From the human T2T-CHM13v2.0 reference genome, Homo sapiens, in the NCBI RefSeq assembly GCF_009914755.1, contig NC_060933.1: a DNA stretch of 64,000 nucleotides; one strand, 5' to 3'. A program made the translations under genes and the position numbers. Positions 46,263-60,311 of the stretch are shown in pieces. The stretch's first letter is position 1. Every line of letters starts with the position of its first letter. The notes under the pieces were generated by a model. That model searched no databases, was not told where the DNA came from, and saw only the letters and a list, made by a program, of their open reading frames with translations.

Positions 46263-46500
46263 ATGCAGGTGCAGGATGCAACCAGGCGGCCCTCAGCCGT
46301 GCGCTTCCTCAGCTCCTTTCTCCAGGGCCGCCGGCACTCCACCTCAGACCCAGTACTGCGGCTGCAGCAGGCCCGGCGGGGCTCTGGCTTGGGCTCCGGC
46401 TCTGCCACGAAGCTGCTGTCCTCGTCCTCTCTCCAGGTGATGGTGGCTGTTTCCTCAGTCAGCCATGCAGAGGGAAACCCAACTTTCCCCGAAAGAAAAA
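46263..46500 (+). CDS. PTPDC1: PTPDC1 alternative first coding exon (MQVQDATRRPSAVRF...PTFPERK); alternative donor at 46507
   Basis: GCCATG start, GC-rich coding sequence, donor AAA|GTAAAG in phase 1 matching the next exon. Recognised long-isoform N-terminus. Confidence 0.9.
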
Positions 46501-46982
46501 GTAAAGGTCTCTTTCTTCTTATAGATTGCCATACCTATGTATATAAGTTTGAGGAATGGGAATCAGCTGTGTTGTGTTTATACCTTTTTAAATATTGGCA
46601 GTTTATTCTATATTATACTTTTTGCTGTCTGTTATGCTATTTTAGTGAATATATAAGAGGATATAAAATGATCAAATGTTTTGTGTTTTTTTATTAAAAA
46701 TATAGGTTTGAACAAAACTCATTCTCTTGTAAAACATCTGCTTCTACAGTTTCTTCCTCCTAATTGCCAGTATGTGTGGAGATTATTATATGTGAAAGCT
46801 TTTTTACATTAAGAGATATATGTCACTTTGACAGGGAAACAGTTTTGTTTTCTTGACAAGATGAAGGTGATTTTGCACTGGCTTGTCATCTACCATCCTG
46901 AGATAAAATGGAAGCTATTTCCCATGTTACAATTTCATTTGGAGAGTGGAATTTTGAATTTTCCTTTCCTTATATGTTCTAG

Positions 46983-47154
46983 GAAATTTAGAACGTCCAA
47001 CACCAAAGTACACAAAAGTAGGGGAGCGTTTACGGCATGTCATTCCTGGACACATGGCATGTTCCATGGCGTGTGGCGGTAGAGCTTGCAAGTATGAGAA
47101 CCCAGCCCGCTGGAGTGAGCAGGAGCAAGCCATTAAGGGGGTTTACTCATCCTG
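46983..47154 (+). CDS. PTPDC1: PTPDC1 exon (NLERPTPKYTKVGERLRHVIPGHMACSMACGGRACKYENPARWSEQEQAIKGVYSSW)
   Basis: TTCTAG| acceptor, |GTGAGT donor, open frame. Confidence 0.95.
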
Positions 47155-49051
47155 GTGAGTGATCCTGTTGGTCTTTCATAGCTCTGTTGGATACAGGAAG
47201 GACACTCTGTGTGAGCCAGGAGCCCTGAAGTGTGGGAGGAGCAGTGTGGGACTTTGAAGTCAGGACCTCACTTTGCCAGTCAGTTCTGGCTTTGCCTTAG
47301 CTGTGTGATCTTGGCCTATTGACCCTCAGTTTCTTTATCTGTAAGGTGGAAATAATAAAACCAAAACCATAGGGTTTTTTAATTAAGTGAAATGATATAT
47401 ATAAAGTGTATTGAAGAAATGGATAATTAGATAGCTCTTAAATTTCAGAAATGTTTAGAAATAATAAAACTTCAGCTATAAATTTGAGAAAATTATGATG
47501 TACATGTGTAATTTTTCAGTTTCATGCAGGTAAGCTTTAGCTTTTATGTTATTCCTATATTCTATATGAAAGGTCACATTTTCATACAAATACCCTTCAG
47601 TCTACCCTAATAAAAGTGGTACAAGTTGTCAGCTCAGTAGAAAACATAAGATATTTGCTTTTTTTATGGTGTATAAGTGAAATTAATATTGTTCTTTAAT
47701 CATACTGCTTTTTATTAAACAGTAAACTAGTCAAATACACCTTTTTGATGTAGTAACATCTGAAAAATTCTGATAAATCACATTTGAAGCATACTTAGAG
47801 GAATTCACTGTTTAATTCTAGTAGTGAATTATTTTATACATCAAGAACCCATTTTTCAATTAGATATTTGTCAACTGGCTTATCCAGCTTACAACCTGTA
47901 CTTTTTCATATTGGATTTGCTCAGTACATCTGTAGTGATATAGTCTGGGGTCCACTGTCATTATTGTTCACCACAGGTCATATTCTGGTCCATCACTATC
48001 ATACTAATAGTATGAAGAAGGAAACATTCATAGTCAGACAAGAAAATTTCTAATAATGTAGCTTAGGTCATTTGCATATTTTTGCTTTATTGCTGACTAA
48101 ATCATGTGAGTCTTTTTCACCTCTGCTGCTTTCACGTTACATCCCCCTTCATCTTACACTAATTATCACTGGGGGTCCAAACTTTTGGGTCCCATGTTAA
48201 ACCATATGCCTTCTTTCAGAGGGAAAGGTGTCATTTTGGATCCTGCCCTGACAGTCTCTGTTATTCCCCTGAGATTCATGTGACCCACGACTTCCAACAG
48301 ACTTACCTTATATATCTCATCAGGCCACTGATGAGAAATTTGAACAGAACAGAGTGAAGCCAGAGCCCAGAGGCCTGACAAGAGTAATAGTCATTTATTG
48401 GGCGTCTGCCCACTCATTCATTCAGTAAATATCCATTTGGCTGTAGGCCAGTCAGTGTGCTAGATGCTTTCATACTATTATCTTTTATCTTCATAAAACT
48501 CTTGTGAGCTGTTAATGCCATTTTATCAATGAAAGAATTGAGTTCCAGAGAGACCAAGTAATTTGCTACCAAGCTAGAAAGTAGAAAAGCCAGCATTTGA
48601 AACCAAGCCCAACTGACTCTGGAGCCCATATTTGTCACCAAATTACAGTAACTCAGTATTTATTCATAACTGCATGTCAGGATTTGTGCCAAAGACTTTA
48701 CATCCACATCATATTGAATTCTCACACCAACCCTGTGAGACAGGCATTATTATCCCCATTTAACACCTTGTAACTAAGATTCAGATAGTTGAATAACAAA
48801 ATATCTCCCAGTTGGCCCTCCTCATGTAAGTCACTACCCATTGAGTAACAATCCAGACTGTTACCTTCACCACCAGCTGAGTTTTCTCCATCATGTCCAC
48901 TAAAATCTCTTGAGAGTTCTTGAAAATACTTTGCTGGAATCCACAAATAATTTATGTCTTGGAATTTTTTCCAGGGATTTAAGAAGCTAGAGTTTCTTAG
49001 AGCTCTAATCATCCAAAATTGAAGCCAGATTTGTATAAGAATATTCTTACA

Positions 49052-49439
49052 CGGGTGCACCAAAATCTCAAAATTCACCACTAAATAACTCATCTATGTA
49101 ACCTGAAATAATCTGTACCCCAAAAACTATTGAAATTTTAAAAATTAACCTAAAGAGAAAAAAAGCAAAGTATCTAACAGTGCCTTTACTAGACTACCTT
49201 TTGTACAAGAAAAAGCAGATAAATAAGAATAAATATTCATATTTGCTTATATTTGCAAAAATAAACACTAAGATGGTAAACATGAAGTTAATACAAATGA
49301 TTACATATGGGGAACAAACTGAATGGAGTGGATGAAAACGGTTGAGAGCAAACATTTTAGTGCATACCTTTTTGTATTGTTTTGATTTTATTGAACCATG
49401 AAACTGTATTATCTGTTCAAATAAAATTTATACACAAAA
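49052..49439 (+). mobile_element. Truncated L1PB-like 3' end with candidate 3' transduction
   Basis: GGGTGCACCAAAATCTCA...TACCCCAAAAACTATTGAAAT, then about 290 bp of other sequence. Flanked by AAGAATATTCT(T/A)ACA at 49037-49051 and 49440-49454. Confidence 0.7.
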
Positions 49440-49562
49440 AAGAATATTCTAACAGAGTTGTTGAAATCATAGAAAAAATCATCTCTCAGGACTGGAACAT
49501 CTCTTTGGACTGGAACTTCCTAGGTTTCAGCACATCTCACCAGTCCCTCCACCTATTTGCAG

Positions 49563-49643
49563 GGTCACTGATAATATACTGGCCATGGCCCGCCCATCCT
49601 CTGAGCTCCTGGAGAAGTACCACATCATTGATCAGTTCCTCAG
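49563..49643 (+). CDS. PTPDC1: PTPDC1 exon (VTDNILAMARPSSELLEKYHIIDQFLS)
   Basis: TTGCAG| acceptor and |GTAAAT donor; phases consistent with neighbouring exons. Confidence 0.95.
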
Positions 49644-49876
49644 GTAAATGCTGTATTGTTCACACACGAGTGAGCAAACTCATGTGTTTTTTTCTTTCAT
49701 TGCCTTTGTTTCAAGTGAAAGAGTGCTTTCATTTTAACAATAGGCAGTGAAGAGTGTATTTCAAATGAGAAATTAAGATTTTTGAGAGTAATTAATAATG
49801 TTGATTAATACCAAAAATGGTTAATTTTTTTTAAATGCTAGCTCCCAATATGACTGACTGCCCTTTTTCCTTTAAG

Positions 49877-49995
49877 CCATGGCATAAAAACAATAATCAA
49901 CCTCCAGCGCCCTGGTGAGCATGCTAGCTGTGGGAACCCTCTGGAACAAGAAAGTGGCTTCACATACCTTCCTGAGGCTTTCATGGAGGCTGGCA
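49877..49995 (+). CDS. PTPDC1: PTPDC1 exon (HGIKTIINLQRPGEHASCGNPLEQESGFTYLPEAFMEAG)
   Basis: TTTAAG| acceptor and |GTAAGT donor. GIKTIINL is typical of dual-specificity phosphatases. Confidence 0.95.
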
Positions 49996-51038
49996 GTAAG
50001 TTCCTCCCACCCTCCTCTCATGAATTATCAAGGGCAGCACTCAGAGGCTTTTCTCTGCTGGGTTCTTAGATTAAAAAGATGATGGAAATAAATACCTTCT
50101 GCATCATAGTAAGGTTTAGAAAAAATGAGCTACCATTCTCTTTGGTATTGCTGTTGAAAGTAAAGGATTTCTTTGTTCCTGTAAGAGGGATGTTGGGAGG
50201 AGACCCTGTAGTAATAATGATTAACATTTAGTTAATGCTTACAGTGTGCCAGTCACTATTATCTCATTTAACCCTTAAAGCAGTTGTGTAACAAAATTAT
50301 TATTTCTGTTTTACATATGAAGCCACACGGGGCTTAGAGAATTACCTGTTTGCCTAAGATCACACAGCTTAGAAATGGTAGTCAGGTTTGGAACCTGGAC
50401 ATGCTCCAGGTTTACTGCTGTCCAGCCCTGCTCCCAAAATGATGCCCAGGAATTCTACTTCTAACAATTTCAAAGCCGCCTCAATCACAGGAGCTTTGGG
50501 ATGAAATACACTCAACATGTGTCCTTCAAACCAGGCTGGAAAGGATAAACAATCTTGGAACTTGTTTTTAAGAAGCTTATTTACACTAGATAGAAAATCC
50601 ATATATACTGTCTTAAGCTATTTATCAGTCATTTAGACACATTTCCCTGCTTAAACAAGAATGTATGCTTTCTCTCCAAAGCTGAGTAACTATAGCATGA
50701 ATCATTGACTTTATTAATTTGTAATTATACTTCGCCATAATTCTTTCTGGCTGAGTTTCTGCAGGAAATGTCTTTTTTTTTTCATATTTACATTTTTATT
50801 TTATTTTTTTTTAATTTTTTTTATTATACTTTAAGTTTTAGGGTACATGTGCACATTGTGCAGGTTAGTTACATATGTATACATGTGCCATGCTGGTGCA
50901 CTGCACCCACTAACTCGTCATCTAGCATTAGGTATATCTCCCAATGCTATCCCTCCCCCCTCACCCCACCCCACAACAGTCCCCAGAGTGTGATATTCCC
51001 CTTCCTGTGTCCATGTAATCTCATTGTTCAATTCCCAC

Positions 51039-54855
<3,817 letters not shown>

Positions 54856-54918
54856 TATGATGTTAGCTGGTTATTTTGCTCGTTAGTTGATGCAGTTTCT
54901 TCCTAGTCTCAATGGTCT

Positions 54919-55931
54919 TTACATTTTGGCATGATTTTGAAGTGGCTGGTACCGGTTGTTCCTTTCCATGTTTAGTGCTTCCTTCAGGAGCTCTTGTAAG
55001 GCAGGCCTGGTGGTGACAAAATCTCTCAGCATTTGCTTGTCTGTAAAGTATTTTATTTCTCCTTCACTTATGAAGCTTAGTTTGGCTGGATATGCAATTC
55101 TGGGTTGAAAATTCTTTTCTTTAAGAATGTTGAATATTGGCCCCCACTCTCTTCTGGCTTGTAGGGTTTCTGCCGAGAGATCCGCTGTTAGTCTGATGGG
55201 CTTCCCTTTGAGGGTAACCCGACCTTTCTCTCTGGCTGCCCTTAACATTTTTTCCTTCATTTCAACTTTGGTGAATCTGACAATTATGTGTCTTGGAGTT
55301 GCCTTCTCGAGGAGTATCTTTGTGGTGTTCTCTGTATTTCCTGAATCTGAACATTGGCCTGCCTTGCTAGATTGGGGAAGTTCTCCTGGATAATATCCTG
55401 CAGAGTGTTTTCCAACTTGGTTCCATTCTCCACATCACTTTCAGGTACACCAATCAGACGTAGATTTGGTCTTTTCACATAGTCCCATATTTCTTGGAGG
55501 CTTTGCTCATTTCTTTTTATTCTTTTTTCTCTAAACTTCCCTTCTCGCTTCATTTCATTCATTTCATCTTCCATTGCTGATACCCTTTCTTCCAGTTGAT
55601 CGCATCGGCTCCTGAGGCTTCTGCATTCTTCACGTAGTTCTCGAGCCTTGGTTTTCAGCTCCATCAGCTCCTTTAAGCACTTCTCTGTATTGGTTATTCT
55701 AGTAATACATTCTCCTAAATTTTTTTCAAAGTTTTCAACTGCTTTGCCTTTGGTTTGAATGTCCTCCCGTAGCTCAGAGTAATTTGATCATCTGAAGTCT
55801 TCTCTCAGCTTGTCAAAGTCATTCTCCATCCAGCTTTGTTCCGTTGCTGGTGAGGAACTGCGTTCCTTTGGAGGAGGAGAGGTGCTCTACTTTTTAGAGT
55901 TTCCAGTTTTTCTGTTCTGTTTTTTCCCCAT
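54919..55931 (-). pseudogene. L1 ORF1p, frameshifted
   Basis: ATG at 55931. Split into ORFs 55284-55664 and 54919-55260. Confidence 0.9.
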
Positions 55932-56386
55932 CTTTGTGGTTTTATCTACTTTTGGTCTTTGATGATGGTGATGTACAGATGGGTTTTTGGTGTGGATGTC
56001 CTTTCTGTTTGTTAGTTTTCCTTCTAACAGAGAGGACCCTCAGCTGCAGGTCTGTTGGAATACCCTGCCGTGTGAGGTGTCAGTGTGCCCCTGCTGGGGG
56101 GTGCCTCCCAGTTAGGCTGTTCTGGGGTCAGGGGTCAGGGACCCACTTGAGGAGGCAGTCTGCCCGTTCTCAGATTTCCAGCTGCGTGCTGGGAGAACCA
56201 CAGCTCTTTTCAAAGCTGTCAGACAGGGACATTTAAGTCTGCAAAGGTTACTGCTGTCTTTTTGTTTGTCTGTGCCCTGCCCCCAGAGGTGGAGCCTATA
56301 GAGGCAGGCAGGCCTCCTTGAGCTGTGGTGGGCTCCACCCAGTTGGAGCTTCCCGGCTGCTTTGTTTACCTAAGCAAGCCTGGGCA

Positions 56387-56503
56387 ATGGCGGGCACCCC
56401 TCCCCCAGCCTTGCTGCCGCCTTGCAGTTTGATCTCAGACTGCTGTGCTAACAATCAGCGAGACTCCGTGGGCGTAGGACCCTCCGAGCCAGGTGCGATA
56501 TAA
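56387..56503 (+). other. L1 antisense ORF0 (truncated to 38 aa if unspliced) with splice donor at 56493
   Basis: MAGTPPPALLPPCSLISDCCANNQRDSVGVGPSEPGAI* matches primate L1 ORF0. CAG|GTGCGA donor follows nt 106. Confidence 0.8.
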
Positions 56504-57048
56504 TCTTGTGGTGCGCAGTTTTTTAAGCCCGTCCGAAAAGCGCAGTGTTCGGGTGGGAGTGACCTGACTTTCCAGGTGCCGTCCATCACCCCTTTCTTTG
56601 ACTCAGAAAGGGAACCCCCTGACCCCTTGCGCTTCCCAAGTGAGGCAATGCCTCGCCCTGCTTCGGCTGAGGCACGGTGCGTGCGCCCACTGACCTGCGC
56701 CCACTGTCTGGCACTCCCTAATGAGATGAACCCGGTACCTCAGATGGAAATGCAGAAATCACCCGTCTTCTGCGTCGCTCACGCTGGGAGCTGTAGACCG
56801 GAGCTGTTCCTATTCGGCCATCTTGGCTCCTCCCCTCAGGAAATGTCTTAAGTAACATAAAATGTGCTTTGTGAGTAAATGTTAACAGTAAAGTTACTGG
56901 GAATGTAAAATCCCTCTTATTTTATGCAGTGTATGCACTGAGATCTACATGCCTCAGTCTCAGTGTAGATCTGTGTACTTTTCATTAGTGTTTGTACTTT
57001 CATTAATTTCCTGTATGTTGATTTTCTTTTCCTTTTCTTTTTTCCTAG

Positions 57049-57186
57049 TTTACTTCTACAATTTCGGATGGAAGGATTATGGTGTAGCGTCTCTTACTAC
57101 TATCCTAGATATGGTGAAGGTGATGACATTTGCCTTACAGGAAGGAAAAGTAGCTATCCATTGTCATGCAGGGCTTGGTCGAACAG
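57049..57186 (+). CDS. PTPDC1: PTPDC1 catalytic exon (YFYNFGWKDYGVASLTTILDMVKVMTFALQEGKVAIHCHAGLGRT)
   Basis: Strong polypyrimidine tract and TAG| acceptor, |GTAGGT donor. CX5R motif with Cys at 57162-57164 and Arg at 57180-57182. Confidence 0.97.
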
Positions 57187-57304
57187 GTAGGTCCTAAGAG
57201 GTGGTTTATTGCCTGTAGGCATATTTAAACATAAAAGGAATAAGATTTCCTAATTTGAGGGTAAATGTTTCTCAGAATCCTATCAAAGCTTTGGAGTCAG
57301 GTGG

Positions 57305-57555
57305 AAGAAGGGAATAAGTTCTAGTGTTCTGTACCACTGTAGGGTGTCTATAGTTAAAATGATATATAGTTTCAAATAGCTAGAAGGAGGATATTGAATG
57401 TTCCCAACACAAATGCATGATAAATGTTGAAGATTATGCATATACTAAATACACTGATCTGATCACTATACATTATATGTATTAAAACATCACTATATAC
57501 CCCATAGATATGTATAATTATTATGTTAACATTAAAAATTAAATCAAAAAAAATT
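57305..57555 (+). mobile_element. L1MA-type 3' end fragment
   Basis: GGAATAAGTTCTAGTGTTCT..TCAAATAGCTAGAAG..TGTTCCCAACAC..A-rich end. Confidence 0.75.
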
Positions 57556-59052
57556 TTAAGATATTTGAAATACCGTAAACAGGTAGTTACAATGACCGTA
57601 TATATATCATTTTAAAGTCTTTAGCAACAATGTGAGTTGGAGAAACTGCAATTTGAGAGAAGTAATTTGCTACATTTAGTAAGTGCCAGGGCCACACTTT
57701 AAATCCATGGTTGTCTGACTCCAGAGTTCATGTGCTTTCCATTTTTGGAGGTATAAGGATTTTGTTTGTGAAGAAGAGTCTATCTGTGCCCAGAATTCTA
57801 TTAAAAAGTCAGTGATTTTACTTAAAACATTCAGCTGAATTTCATTACAGTGCTGATATTAGGGCAAAAATGAAGGCCATAGGGCTGAAATTTTCATTGT
57901 CATCTGATCCAACCACATGCAGCTCAGCTCTGTCCGCAGTGTACCTGTGCTCCTGCCAGGGGATCTGCCACATACCTGGAAGCATGCGCAGGGGAGGGGA
58001 CTCAGCTCTGCTTGAGATTAGTAGCTCTTAGGATCAAGCCAAAATCTCACTGTTTCTAGACATTGACATGATAGCTCTGCAGACATTTTACATTTATACT
58101 AAGATCTTCTGTGTCCTAGTGAGAAAGGTATGTTGTTACCGACTGTGAACTGGAGAGCATGCAGTTTTCAGAGGTTCTGATTTTCATATGTAACAAGATG
58201 TTCACAAACTTGGGGATCACACAGGTGTATTTGATTTGCCTTTTACTTTAATATTAATTGACTGTTATATTTGAATTAATTTATTAATTATTACCTTTTA
58301 ACTAGTAATAACCTTACTAGTTATTCCTTTTAATTAGATGTTAGTAAGAATACCTAATGTTTATACCACTAAGCCTGGCTTCCTTAAGATTGCTTAATTT
58401 TCCATAATTGCTTATGGAAAAATAGAATTATATCATGGTCTGAAGGAAAACACATATTAGTATAGGCACAATCTGGAAAAAGAATTGCCAAGAAGAAAAG
58501 TAGGCTGCAAATATGAATAATCCCTAAAGAAGAAACTGCCGTGGTAGGGAGAGTGCCAAGCTGGGATGTGCCAGCAGTTGATGGCAAAGATAGCAGGGTG
58601 GGAGGTTCCAAACACAAAGTGTATGGATTGATTGGATGGAAATTCTCAAGAACTGTTCAGAGTGGAAAATAGAAACAGGATTTGCTTTCTTCTGATGGAG
58701 TTAAGTAGAACAAGGAGGATAGATGGGCCAGATGATCAGTTTCCCTTCCCTCCTGCACACTTACTCACCTACCTTGTGCCTGTGCTGGCACAGCTCTGGG
58801 CTACTGAGATGACTCAGTCATGGGGAGGCGGTGCCACATAGACATTTAATAAAGTTCTGTGCAGTAAGGAACGTGCAAAATAACACCTCTACAAAAAGTC
58901 ACAAAGTTATCATCATAATTGTCCTTAAAATGTGTCTCTATTTATATGGTTTCTTAACACATATTCAAATTGTAAATCATCAAAGAGTGATAAATAAAAT
59001 AAATAAAAATGTAAGCTTTTCTCATACCAGTCTTCTCTTCTTCACTGTTTAG

Positions 59053-60311
59053 GTGTTTTAATAGCCTGTTACTTAGTTTTTGCAACGAGAATGACTGCTG
59101 ACCAAGCAATTATATTTGTGCGGGCAAAGCGACCCAATTCCATACAAACCAGAGGACAGCTCCTCTGTGTAAGGGAATTTACTCAGTTTCTAACTCCTCT
59201 CCGCAATATATTCTCTTGCTGTGATCCCAAAGCACATGCTGTCACCTTACCTCAATATCTAATTCGCCAGCGTCATCTGCTTCATGGTTATGAGGCACGA
59301 CTTCTGAAACACGTGCCAAAAATTATCCACCTAGTTTGCAAATTGCTGCTGGACTTAGCGGAGAACAGGCCAGTGATGATGAAGGATGTGTCCGAAGGAC
59401 CTGGTCTCTCTGCTGAAATAGAAAAGACAATGTCTGAGATGGTCACCATGCAGCTGGATAAAGAGTTACTGAGGCATGACAGTGATGTGTCCAACCCGCC
59501 TAACCCCACTGCAGTGGCAGCAGATTTTGACAATCGAGGCATGATTTTCTCCAATGAGCAACAGTTTGACCCTCTTTGGAAAAGGCGGAATGTTGAGTGC
59601 CTTCAACCCCTGACTCATCTGAAAAGGCGGCTCAGCTACAGTGACTCAGATTTAAAGAGGGCCGAGAACCTCCTGGAGCAAGGGGAGACTCCACAGACAG
59701 TGCCTGCCCAGATCTTGGTTGGCCACAAGCCCAGGCAGCAGAAGCTCATAAGCCATTGTTACATCCCACAGTCTCCAGAACCAGACTTACACAAGGAAGC
59801 CTTGGTTCGCAGCACACTTTCTTTCTGGAGTCAGTCAAAGTTTGGAGGCCTGGAAGGACTCAAAGATAATGGGTCACCAATTTTCCATGGAAGGATCATT
59901 CCAAAGGAAGCACAGCAGAGTGGAGCTTTCTCTGCAGATGTTTCAGGCTCACACAGCCCTGGGGAGCCAGTTTCACCCAGCTTTGCAAATGTCCATAAGG
60001 ATCCAAACCCTGCTCACCAGCAAGTGTCTCACTGTCAGTGTAAAACTCATGGTGTTGGGAGCCCTGGCTCTGTCAGGCAGAACAGCAGGACACCCCGAAG
60101 CCCTCTGGACTGTGGCTCCAGTCCCAAAGCACAGTTCTTGGTTGAACATGAAACCCAGGACAGTAAAGATCTGTCTGAAGCAGCTTCACACTCTGCATTA
60201 CAGTCTGAATTGAGTGCTGAGGCAAGAAGAATACTGGCGGCCAAAGCCCTAGCAAATTTAAATGAATCTGTAGAAAAGGAGGAACTAAAAAGGAAGGTAG
60301 AAATGTGGCAG
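59053..60311 (+). CDS. PTPDC1: PTPDC1 large exon (GVLIACYLVFATRMTADQAIIFVRAKRPNSIQTRGQ...KRKVEMWQ)
   Basis: TTTAG| acceptor and CAG|GTATTA donor; 1259-nt open frame (ORF 59091-60404). Completes the phosphatase domain. Confidence 0.96.

Noticed and set aside
46507-46697. Hydrophobic tail of ORF 46215-46697
   Set aside because: AT-rich intronic read-through after the splice donors.
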